From Clostridium arbusti SL206 (GTDB lineage Bacteria > Bacillota > Clostridia > Clostridiales > Clostridiaceae), in contig NZ_BAEV01000033.1 in assembly GCF_000246895.1 (NCBI RefSeq), positions 2,849 through 26,848 of the forward strand: a DNA stretch of 24,000 nt, written 5' to 3'. Both the position numbers and the translations under genes were made by a program. The notes below the pieces were generated by a model. It was not told the DNA's origin. It worked only from the letters and a program-made list of their open reading frames with translations, and made no database searches. Of the stretch, positions 1 through 9,053 are shown one piece after another; within the stretch, counting starts at the first letter, position 1, and the number at the start of each line of letters is the position of its first letter.

Positions 1-1061
1 TGTGCAAATCAATCAAGTGCATTTTTAACCGCTGTTAATCCACCCTTTGCAAGTCCTAAAAGTTGATTACTTAAATTAGATCCACTGCTACCCATCTTAG
101 GGAATAAATTAGTAGCTATTTGTATAACATCTTTTATAATTCCTGAAATTATAGGTGATAATGTAGTTATTGCCTGGCTTATAAATTTCATCCCATTGCT
201 AATAATATCTTTAGAGCCATTTATTGCATTTTTTATAGCATCTTGTATCTTTGGCATGTTGCCATTAAACCAAGTAACCGCACTATTAAAAGCTGGTAAT
301 AATAATGTACCAACACTTTGCCCTAATGTAGCAAGATTCAATTGTGCAACTCTAATCTGATTCGCAAAACTTCCACTTAATGTTCTGCCAAAATCCCCTT
401 GAGCATCTTTTGTAACGTTCATAAGATAATTATATCTTAATATAGTTTGTTCTGATTGACTCATTTGAGCATATGGCTTTTTAATACCTTCAGATAATGC
501 ATAAGCTTGTAAATTAGCTACGGACATGTTAATACCAAGTGCTTTTAATGGCTCCGTTTCTCCAGATATACCAGATCTGATTTTTTCCCACATATCAGAA
601 GTACCTACATTATAAAAAGAACTCATGTCTCCTGTTAGTTGTACAAGTTTCTTGGACATATCCCCAGCTTTTTGTTCAGTAACTCCACTAGATTTAAGCA
701 TAGCACCCATGAATCCAACTCATTGTGTACTAGCTGTTTGAGATATACCAGCACTTTTAGCTGTTGTTTGTGTCCAATCTTCAATAGATTTTGCACTATT
801 CTTATATGTCTGTTGGACTACATTCTGTGCTTCCGATAAATTGCTAGCACTTTCAGCCAGTTTATATCCCTGATCTATTAAGGCTTTAAAGCCAAAACCC
901 ACACCTAATACAGCGCCTAATTTAAGAGCAAGACTCCCTATTTTCCCAAAAGAGCTTTCAAATATTCCTGATAGCCCTTTTGCTTTTTCTCCTGCTTTAT
1001 CAAGTTCTGTACTTGCATTATCTTTTAGTAATAATTCTCCAAATATACTAAATAATTTCAT
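1..1061 (-). CDS. tail tape measure protein (partial, runs off the left edge), read with TGA=Trp
   Basis: Track ORFs 720..1061 and 9..710 share a frame and are separated only by TGA at 720-722 (..TASTQ-W-VGFMGAMLK..). ORF 9..710 also ends in TGA (9-11) and stays open to base 1. ATG at 1061 follows a GGGGGTG RBS. The gene lies directly downstream of the chaperone pair and has TMP-like sequence (ALGINMSVANLQAYALSEG..). Confidence 0.8.
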
Positions 1062-1064
1062 TCG

Positions 1065-1412
1065 TTAATCACCCCCTTTTTGATTATTTCTATTTAAGTT
1101 ATCTAATTTTCGTATTCTTTCCGCTTCTGCTAATGCTTCTTCTTTTGTTATTTTTTTAGAACTTTTTGTATCTGTATTTGTATTTTTAAATGCTTTATTT
1201 TTATAATCTTCAAAACTCATATAATTATTTTTATCCATATAAATATGCTCTATATTCCATTGTTCAAAGAGTCTATCTTCAGCGATCTTTATATTCATCT
1301 TTTCAATTAGTTTAAATCCATCAAAAAATCTTAAATTAATTACATAATCAATATTATTGTATCTACTTAAAATTGTATCCATGCACTCATATTCATCAAA
1401 ATCTTCAGGCAC
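1065..1412 (-). CDS. tail assembly chaperone frameshift extension (gpT-like, likely made as a G-T fusion)
   Basis: This ORF is in the -1 frame relative to 1433..1777. The -1 frame is open with no stop from the slippery site at 1460-1466 through the GTG at 1412. It ends in TAA 3 nt before the TMP ATG. Confidence 0.65.
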   Translation of the reverse strand: MPEDFDEYECMDTILSRYNNIDYVINLRFFDGFKLIEKMNIKIAEDRLFEQWNIEHIYMDKNNYMSFEDYKNKAFKNTNTDTKSSKKITKEEALAEAERIRKLDNLNRNNQKGGD

Positions 1413-1432
1413 TATACTATGTGCAAATTGAA

Positions 1433-1777
1433 TTATTTTGCAGAGTTCAGTGCCTGTCCGAAAAAATCAGAAAATTGGTCATCATTAAATATTGAATTTA
1501 CTATCTCCATAACATCTTTTAATTCCATGTTTTCTACTTCACCTATAGACTGGCTACTTATATCTGCAAATAATTTATATATTTCTTGTTGTGCATCTCC
1601 TAAATGTTCTACAAATAACATTGTTAATTCTACTTGTAGATTTTGCTGTGCTTCTTCTTTTTCTTTAGGAGTTTTGTTTGATATATCTGTTATTAATCCT
1701 TTTATTTCTGCCTTTATATTCATTTTTTTAATAATTCTAGTTAATGTAAATAGATCTCCAAATTGTAATTTTCTCAT
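1433..1777 (-). CDS. tail assembly chaperone (gpG-like)
   Basis: 114-aa ORF between the major tail gene and the tape measure gene. It ends in TAA and carries a slippery heptamer near its 3' end. Confidence 0.7.
   Translation of the reverse strand: MRKLQFGDLFTLTRIIKKMNIKAEIKGLITDISNKTPKEKEEAQQNLQVELTMLFVEHLGDAQQEIYKLFADISSQSIGEVENMELKDVMEIVNSIFNDDQFSDFFGQALNSAK
1460..1466 (-). promoter_or_regulatory. -1 programmed ribosomal frameshift slippery heptamer U_UUU_UUC
   Basis: The minus strand reads GAT TTT TTC in the zero frame, giving X_XXY_YYZ = T_TTT_TTC. A -1 shift reads TTT TTT CGG ACA GGC ... ATA GTG CCT GAA, which joins ORF 1065..1412. Confidence 0.65.
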
Positions 1778-1827
1778 ATTATTATTACCTCTTTCTTATA
1801 TTTATTTTTATTTAATTTTCTAACGTA

Positions 1828-1853
1828 AAAAGTACCTATTGAAAGGTACTTTT
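1828..1853 (-). terminator. rho-independent terminator after the major tail gene
   Basis: Perfect 10-bp stem AAAAGTACCT/AGGTACTTTT with a 6-nt loop, starting 3 nt after the TAA at 1856-1858. On the minus strand it is followed by a T-run. Confidence 0.6.
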
Positions 1854-1855
1854 AA

Positions 1856-2752
1856 TTAGTTGTTCGTTACAGTTGTTGTTGGAATTGAATTTAAATACAA
1901 TCCGTTTGTAGATTTAACATTGTTAAGCATATTTGTATTTTTATTATATGCCACTGTAACTATTTGACCACTTGTTGGTACTGTAGTTAATGTTAATTCT
2001 ATTGTATTTTGGTTATTAACCCCTATTTCTGCATCTGTAATAACATCTGTTGTAGCAATACCATCTATTGTATCTGCTACTGTTACCGTAAAGCCATCTT
2101 TTGGTACTGGAGTCGTTACTGTATCTGTAAATGTTAATAATACCTTATTATTAGATATAATAGGTGTTTGGCTTAATGTAAATATAGTTGATACATTTGC
2201 TTTTGGGAACCTAATTTCGAATGGCAATTCATCTATAGCATAAGGATCTATATAAGCTGTAAATGTACATGCTAAAACGTTATCATTATCGTCCTTTGTA
2301 TTTCATTTGAGTCCATCTGTATTTGCTGCATTCTTTAGAATTATAATAACTGGTAATTCACTTCCACTTATTTTTCCCACTAATGCTAGATTTTCTAAAT
2401 AATCCGATTCATCTAAACTAGTTTTACCTGTTATAATATCATAACTTGCATCTGAGTCGGTGTCTATATTTCCTCTCAATAATAATGTTAATATTTCTGC
2501 TGTAACTTCCAATAAATTTGTTGCCAAAGTTACTGTTGTATTCGTAATAATTTCTCCATACTTCATATCACCTTTAATTCCATCGATCTTAATTGTACGG
2601 GTATTACTTTTTACTGTGAACGTATTTCCACCTGCTGTAGCACCAATTAAAGCTTCTTTATCTGTACCATAATTTTTATATAATGCTCCAGCATCTATTA
2701 ATAAATTATTAGGTGTATTGGGTGTAAAACCAACTGTTTTTGTATTATTCAT
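1856..2752 (-). CDS. major tail protein with C-terminal Ig-like domain, read with TGA=Trp
   Basis: Track ORFs 2303..2752 and 1856..2227 are in one frame. Between them the sequence reads TGA (2303-2305) AAT ACA AAG GAC ... GAA TTG CCA TTC with no other stop. The total of 897 nt is 299 codons. The N-terminal part resembles siphovirus major tail proteins. The C-terminal part (FTVTVADTIDG..IELTLTT..GQIVTVAY) resembles a bacterial Ig-like repeat. Confidence 0.75.
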
Positions 2753-2779
2753 ATATTTATTACCTGCCTCTCTATTTCT

Positions 2780-3166
2780 TTATTGATCTCTTTCGTATGT
2801 TTTAACTAAGAAACGTAATTGTCGTCTCTTTAAGTTAACGTCTGGATCATTCAAATTAAGACGACATGGGTTATACCTACTTATTTGTATAAACATATCG
2901 TCTTTTATTATTGTTATTTTATTTAATTTCTTATATATAGCATCTGTTAAAGTCTCAACTTCTTCTATACCATGCTTATTGCTCCATATATCTATGTACA
3001 CTAAGTTATTATTAGAATATTCATTATTGGGAATGGCGCTGTACATTAAAACCGTAGCATATGGATATACTTTAGCTCCATTTTCTGCACTTTCCTTATC
3101 TTGTGGATATTCGTCTGTATAGCATGTAACAATAGGCTGTATTTGTTCGATTAAATAATCATACAT
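2780..3166 (-). CDS. tail completion/terminator-like neck protein (putative)
   Basis: 128-aa ORF immediately upstream of the major tail gene. The call rests on synteny only. Confidence 0.4.
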   Translation of the reverse strand: MYDYLIEQIQPIVTCYTDEYPQDKESAENGAKVYPYATVLMYSAIPNNEYSNNNLVYIDIWSNKHGIEEVETLTDAIYKKLNKITIIKDDMFIQISRYNPCRLNLNDPDVNLKRRQLRFLVKTYERDQ

Positions 3167-3177
3167 ATTTAATATAA

Positions 3178-3519
3178 TTAATCACCTATTTTAGACGCTA
3201 TAATCTTATCTGCTATTTCAGTTATTTTACTTGAACTATCATTAATGGTATTTTGCAGTATATGCTGTGCCTTTTGCTTGGAACTTCCAAGTTCTACCCA
3301 TTCGGAGTAATACGCTTCTGGCGTTGTTCCTATTCTAATACCACTATTATTATCAAGGGTATCAAAGGTTTCTGACCTTCTCATATTTCCACTTACAACT
3401 GGTGTTCTTAATTGATATTCAGCCACTAAAGCTGTGCCCCATGCATTGCATATTTCTTTTTTACTTGCATTAATAGCCGCTTTTACTTCTGAACTATAAT
3501 CTTTAAAAGTAGATGACAT
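3178..3519 (-). CDS. HK97 gp10-like head-tail joining protein (putative)
   Basis: 113-aa ORF in the neck module. The pattern TPVVSGNMRRS is typical of the gp10 family as I recall it. Confidence 0.5.
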   Translation of the reverse strand: MSSTFKDYSSEVKAAINASKKEICNAWGTALVAEYQLRTPVVSGNMRRSETFDTLDNNSGIRIGTTPEAYYSEWVELGSSKQKAQHILQNTINDSSSKITEIADKIIASKIGD

Positions 3520-3535
3520 TATATCACCATCCTTT

Positions 3536-3862
3536 CTATTTTATTTGATATACAAATATCTCTGTATAAGTATCCCATCGAATAAATTTTCTTATCTCAT
3601 ATTCTTCTGTATCATCTGTAGTTTTAAGTATAGAATTGATTTTAATATCTTCATCAACTCCATAGTGCTCATAGAATAATCGGTTTGTAACATCTACATC
3701 ATAGCCATATGTCTTTAACAGTAATTCTTTATTATAAGGTTGTTTGTCCAAATCTATATTTTTTATAAATATATCTGTAGTAACATAATCACCATGGCTA
3801 TTAATAGAGCCTTGTCCTTTATTCCATAGGGCATATGTTGTATTTTTTAGCATATTATCCAA
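3536..3862 (-). CDS. head closure/adaptor protein (putative)
   Basis: 108-aa ORF in the neck module, ending in TAG. The call rests on synteny only. Confidence 0.4.
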   Translation of the reverse strand: MDNMLKNTTYALWNKGQGSINSHGDYVTTDIFIKNIDLDKQPYNKELLLKTYGYDVDVTNRLFYEHYGVDEDIKINSILKTTDDTEEYEIRKFIRWDTYTEIFVYQIK

Positions 3863-3882
3863 CCTCTTTTTTATATATTTAA

Positions 3883-4578
3883 TTAAATTGCTTTTTTATA
3901 TTTCTCTAAATATTCATCATAATACATCCAAACCATTTTAGTTCTATTAGGTAATCTACCTGCTGTTTTGTATTTACCTTTACAACACTTGGATATACTA
4001 GATTGTGGTATACCATATTTTTTAACAGCTTGATTAATATAACCAAATATTTCACCTGTAGTACTACAAATTATTTTTCTTGCCTGCGGATGATTTGCAC
4101 CACTGAAATTAGCATGACTTTCTCTTAATTTTTTTCTTATCTCTTCTGAAGTATTATAATATTTTTTAGCTTCACTTATTTTTTTCTTCGCTTCCTCTGA
4201 ACAATGATGACCTTTATGTGATTCACTGATCTTATATCTAATTTCATTCATTTCTTGCTCTGTTTTACCAGCATAAGTATTTCCACCATCTCCACCATCA
4301 GCAATATTATAATAATCATCTGATTTAACTGCATTATGTAATTTAATAAATTCAATCTCTAATTTATTTGATTCTTCTCGTGAATAAGTAATTGCAACTA
4401 TATCTCTATGAAAATTTTCTTTACCATATTTTTCTATAGCATGATTTAAATAAATTCCACTACCTAAATAATTTTCTCATTTATTCCTAATGTCAAACAT
4501 CTTTTGACCTATGTATTTTTTACCATTAACCATGTTAGTTGTTATGTATATAAAACCATATGGATTTTCTATCTCCAA
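3883..4578 (-). CDS. free-standing GIY-YIG homing endonuclease (I-TevI-like, NUMOD3 repeats plus C-terminal HTH), read with TGA=Trp
   Basis: A TTG start at 4578 follows a GGGGGTG RBS. The N-terminus, absent from the track, reads LEIENPYGFIYITTNMVNGKKYIGQKMFDIRNK-W-ENYLGSG, with TGA at 4477-4479. It runs in frame into track ORF 3883..4251, which has SEEAKKKISEAKK-type NUMOD3 repeats. The total of 696 nt is 232 codons. Confidence 0.85.
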
Positions 4579-4639
4579 TCAAACACCCCCTGATTTTTTA
4601 CATTAAAAAAGAGCAAGACTACAGTTACTACTGAAAATC

Positions 4640-4939
4640 TTAACCCATTAAACGTATATATGGTAGTGGTAGTAATGCTTTTACGTCATTTGATAATCCA
4701 TCAGTAAAAGTACCACTTCTAGAACCTTGGCTAAATTGTTTAGTTCCCTCAAGACCATGCTTTCTAAAGGTTTCAACGGTATATTGAAGTAAAGAATCAG
4801 GATAAGTAGCTTCTACATCTAAATTATCAATCTTTAAATAATTCTTAATTAAAGTAGAACCTTGCCTTAAATAAAGATTTATAAGAGCATCTTGATTGCT
4901 AACATTTAATATAATTTTTGCATCATCTAAAATTGCCAT
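4640..4939 (-). CDS. gp6-like head-tail connector (DNA packaging) protein
   Basis: 99-aa ORF downstream of the capsid gene. The N-terminal pattern (L..AK..L.V...D.....LI) is typical of the gp6-like family. Confidence 0.6.
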   Translation of the reverse strand: MAILDDAKIILNVSNQDALINLYLRQGSTLIKNYLKIDNLDVEATYPDSLLQYTVETFRKHGLEGTKQFSQGSRSGTFTDGLSNDVKALLPLPYIRLMG

Positions 4940-4959
4940 AAGACTTACCTCCTATTTAA

Positions 4960-4988
4960 AAGGGTAAGGTTTATTTACCCTTACCCTT
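4960..4988 (-). terminator. stem-loop downstream of the capsid block (possible attenuator/terminator)
   Basis: Perfect 10-bp stem, with 4960-4969 pairing with 4979-4988 (AAGGGTAAGG/CCTTACCCTT) and a 9-nt loop. It overlaps the stop of small ORF 4971..5123. The downstream U-tract is weak. Confidence 0.35.
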
Positions 4989-5123
4989 GTTTTTTTCATC
5001 TTCTACTAATTTTTTAGTAACTTCTTTAACTTCCTCAACTTCTTTAAAACCCTTTGAAATTAAATCTTCTATGATTTTTTTATCTTCACTTATTCTCACA
5101 ACATTTAACTTTTTAAGCTTCAT
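4971..5123 (-). CDS. small K/E-rich hypothetical protein (50 aa)
   Basis: ATG at 5123 lies 7 nt after a GAGGTG RBS. The ORF reads MKLKKLNVVRISEDKKIIEDLISKGFKEVEEVKEV... and ends in TAA. It is below the track size cutoff. Confidence 0.3.
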   Translation of the reverse strand: MKLKKLNVVRISEDKKIIEDLISKGFKEVEEVKEVTKKLVEDEKNKGKGK

Positions 5124-5141
5124 ATACAATCACCTCTAATA

Positions 5142-6065
5142 TTAAGCTAAAGCTTCTTTAATATTTGCAAAACAATGTGCTAACATATTGTCTGGAATCC
5201 AAAGATCATGATACTTTCTATAGTCTAATTTATATGCTCTTGCACTCTGATTAGTCTCAGGATCAAATATTCTTATAGCATCAGTTTTAGAAACTGCTAT
5301 AGGACAAGTCTGTGCACAAATTAACCAATTAATATTTTTAGCTGCTGCATCTGCTACAAAACCACCTGCTGTTTGTCCTGCTGTCTTACCATCATTGAAT
5401 ACATAAGCTGTCTTTAATCTACTTGAAGGCGCTGGAATAATAGGATTATCGTCTACCATAGTAACTTTAGTAGAAAAAACTCCGCTTGCAAAATCAGTAA
5501 CTTGAAGCTGTTTTGCTATTTCTGTAGAACTTTCAAGAATATTTTTAGTTATTGAACTCATTGTAATAACTAGTGGTACATCACCTACAACATCCTTTAC
5601 TGCTGCAATATCAGCTTTCAATTTAGAAAGTATAGTTTCTGCTGCTGGAAGATAACCACCACTCGCTCTATTTCCTTCTATTGCTAAAGATGCTATTTTA
5701 CTATATCTGTAAGCATCTATCTCAGGAATAACTTGTGTTCTCTGAAACTGTGCCATAACATTACTTGCAGTTACAACAAAGTTACTTTCATCTACTTCAT
5801 TTTCATCTATGGAAAAACTTCTACCTCTATCCTGTGTCATAGTCTTTGTTTCATATTCATGTGTTACATCTCCTGCTGTAAAACCCAGTGCTCTATCATA
5901 ATTTGCTAAACCATCCATACTAATGTTAGGTATCTTTATTTCTTTACCGCCACGATATATAACTTGTCCAGCATTTGCTTCCATTCAGCCACTTGTAGCA
6001 CCTGCCACTGCTTGAGCATCTAATGCGTTTTGAAATAAACTTGCGTATTCTATTGTATTTGCCAT
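5142..6065 (-). CDS. major capsid protein, read with TGA=Trp
   Basis: ATG at 6065 gives MANTIEYASLFQNALDAQAVAGATSG-W-MEANAGQV..., with TGA at 5985-5987, in frame with track ORF 5142..5984. The total of 924 nt is 308 codons. The gene follows the scaffold gene. Confidence 0.85.
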
Positions 6066-6141
6066 AATTTAAATTACCTCTTTCTTATATAAATTTATTT
6101 TTTATTTCTTGTTCTTTAAAGACTACAATTACAAAAAGTCA

Positions 6142-6720
6142 TTATTTAATACCAAATATTTTATTAATTTCAGCTTTTGCTTGTTCTTCAGCTGTTAAAT
6201 TTGTATTAGTATTTTTAGGTGGTTTATATCCGCCTTTAAGCCTTTCTTCTGCTAAATCATTAACCTTAGTATTTAAAACATTCTCTAAGCTTTCCAGATT
6301 CTTGGTTGTTGTTTCTTCATCTGCTCCAATAAAATAATCGACTAATTCAGAAGGTAGCTTCTTATCTGTAGCCATTTTAAGAGCCTTATTTCTTAGTGTT
6401 TCATGAGCCTTTTCTTTTTCAGATTTGTTAATTCTCTCAGTAAGTTCTCTAATTTGTTTTTGTTCTGCTGTTTCCTGTGGATTAGCTTTTGCTACTGCAT
6501 CATCAATAAGTTTTTGAAGATTATTAGTCTTCCAGCTATCTAACCCTTTATTGAAATTTTTATCCAACTTAGGTTGTAATAACTTTTTACCATCATCAGT
6601 GCTTAAAAAACTCTCAACTCTATCAGGTGAAATTAAACCCCCAACATAATTTTTAACATCTTCACTATCTTTGTTTGTTTCAAAATAATCTGTTATCTCT
6701 TTAAAATTTTCTACTGCCAT
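6142..6720 (-). CDS. capsid scaffolding protein (DUF4355-like)
   Basis: 192-aa acidic, coiled-coil-type ORF between the gp7-like head protein gene and the capsid gene. Confidence 0.6.
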   Translation of the reverse strand: MAVENFKEITDYFETNKDSEDVKNYVGGLISPDRVESFLSTDDGKKLLQPKLDKNFNKGLDSWKTNNLQKLIDDAVAKANPQETAEQKQIRELTERINKSEKEKAHETLRNKALKMATDKKLPSELVDYFIGADEETTTKNLESLENVLNTKVNDLAEERLKGGYKPPKNTNTNLTAEEQAKAEINKIFGIK

Positions 6721-6818
6721 TTAAATATCTCTCTCCTTTTCGCCCTTTATGTACTAATAGTCCGTAAAGTGCATTTAATTTTTTGTATAATAAAGAAGCC
6801 TTATTTCTAAGACTTGTT

Positions 6819-7724
6819 TTAATCTATTCCCTTTTCTTTTGCCCAAGAATCATAATCTTGATAGTCTATTAATTCTCTACTTTCATTATCAAGTCTTTTA
6901 CTTGGCTTCCAATCATCACTAGGCATATTTATAAGTACACAGCGACATCCTGGATGATTTTCAGGAGGAACTACTTTATCTGGATCATCAATATCATAAA
7001 CGTGCCCATCAAGTGCTGCACATTCTTCACTTGTTTTACCATCTAAAGTAGCAGTATACATTTGTTTCTCTACACCTACATTTCTTCCTAAATCATCTAT
7101 AGCCTGTGATTGAACCCTAGCATTTTCAGTATTAACTAGCCTTTGACTTTCATAAGCACTTACATTAAACTGCTGTCTTATATTTCGTGCTAATTTATCT
7201 AAATGAATATCTCCATTCATGGCATCAACTATTCCCTGTTTAACATTGTCCACTAAATTAGCTTTGTTAGTCCATATTCTATCTGAAAATATCTTACCAT
7301 CAATAGGATTGTTTACTGCTGCGTCAATGTATTCCTTTTTTAAGATACCAAAGTTAAGCACATCCTTCATACCGCTATCAAGTATATAAGCATTGTGATA
7401 ATAAACCATAGGATAAGTGTCAGCTAATATATTAATTACCTGGTCCACTTCTTGCTGACCTAAATTTTTACCCATATCTTTAAGCTTTTTATCTATATCA
7501 GCTAATAAGACTTTTTTCTGCTGTAGTGTTACATTTAATAATCCATTTTCAGCATTTTTTATATACAGCATACCTAAATATTGATGCAATTCTTCTAAAT
7601 TAGCTTTTTGATTAGAATATACACTCTTCATTTGTTCATCAGCATATTTTTCAGCATCTAACTTAATTTGTTCAATCATCTTTTGATACATAGGATTTAA
7701 AGTATTAACCATCTGTACCACCAC
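6819..7724 (-). CDS. minor head/morphogenesis protein (SPP1 gp7 / Mu F-like)
   Basis: The C-terminal motifs NTENARVQSQ and TATLDGKTSEECAALDGHVY..PPENHPGCRCVL are typical of the Mu F / gp7 family. The start overlaps the portal 3' end. Confidence 0.8.
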   Translation of the reverse strand: MVVQMVNTLNPMYQKMIEQIKLDAEKYADEQMKSVYSNQKANLEELHQYLGMLYIKNAENGLLNVTLQQKKVLLADIDKKLKDMGKNLGQQEVDQVINILADTYPMVYYHNAYILDSGMKDVLNFGILKKEYIDAAVNNPIDGKIFSDRIWTNKANLVDNVKQGIVDAMNGDIHLDKLARNIRQQFNVSAYESQRLVNTENARVQSQAIDDLGRNVGVEKQMYTATLDGKTSEECAALDGHVYDIDDPDKVVPPENHPGCRCVLINMPSDDWKPSKRLDNESRELIDYQDYDSWAKEKGID

Positions 7725-9015
7725 TTAATAAGTCTGCTCCTATAGAATTAGCTTTATTTTCTTCCTGCAATTGCTTCATTTCAGCACCTGGATTAGAAAC
7801 AAAACTTAATTGACTTAATCCAGTTTTAATAGATAGCTTTCCATTAAGTTGAGATATTATTTGAGCCATCATTAAATCATCACTTGGTATGTTTGGAGTA
7901 AACTTAGAATCTATATCTTTCCACTCATAAGACTTGTTTTCTTTAATTTTAAGATATTCAAATAAGAATTGTAATCTTAATTTAATAGCATCAGCTAAAG
8001 CCTGAATATTATCACTGCATTTCTGCTCTAAGCTTATAAGTCTATTCTTTAAAGCTAAACTAGATGTATTACTAGCTAATTTCTCATTGTGGTTTATATG
8101 GGAACTTAATTGATATATTTTATCTTCCTGGGTAGATAATGTATTTTGTATAAAGCTATCATTTATATTTTTTATTACCCATGCCGCATCTGAATCCTTA
8201 TTAGGCATATTTAAGATACCTAATTCTTTCATTTTATCTAAATCTGTTTTTCCATTTTCATCTTTCGTTTCATCATCTAATTCACAACCTGTTATTTTTA
8301 AATAGGCATTACGAAAATCAGATATTTCGTTACTTATGTCACTTAAATTAGTTTCATAAGCATCTTGAAGTCCTTTTATCTTTTTATATAAACTCTCATA
8401 ATAAGAACCTATTTTCACTATACTTACTGGCACTTTAGAGAATATATTTTCATCTACTTTAGAACCCTTTATAAGTTCAAAACTTGAGCCTACACAAGTA
8501 TAGTGTGTTATATCTTCGTTAGTATAAACATCAGCATATAATGTCTTTGATTCATCAAACTTCTTACTAAAAAATCTTATAAATAATTCTATATTGCCAA
8601 AATCATCTTGTAAAATATAACTATCTCTTGGAGTACATATAAGACTATTAAATAATCCATCTGAATCTATATAATATAATTCATAGGCTTCATTATAAAT
8701 CAAAGCTTCTTTACACAACTCTTTATCATGATTAGTATTTCAATGCTTAAAATTAAGTCTTAAATCTTCTATAACATTACTGTCATTACTGTGGCTTGAA
8801 TAAGTAATTTTATTTCCACAACAATAAGAAGCTTCTTCATTAACAAACTTCTGAATAAAGTTACATGAGAGTTTATTATTACTTCTCTTAGTAACCATTT
8901 GATAATGTAGCATAGCATCTGTATATCCATCATAATATCTTCTCATGGTTTCATATCTATGTAACTTTAAATCAAAATCAGTTTTACATTGTGTTAGTAA
9001 ATTATTATTAATCAA
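7705..9015 (-). CDS. portal protein (SPP1 gp6-like), read with TGA=Trp
   Basis: Track ORFs 8740..9015 and 7705..8718 are in one frame. The junction reads ..LNFKH-W(TGA 8740-8742)-NTNHDKELCKEALIYNEAYELYY... The total of 1311 nt is 437 codons. A TTG start follows an AGGAGG RBS. Confidence 0.85.
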
Positions 9016-9053
9016 TAAATATTACCTCCTGTTCTTTTGCAAAATAAAAAAAG

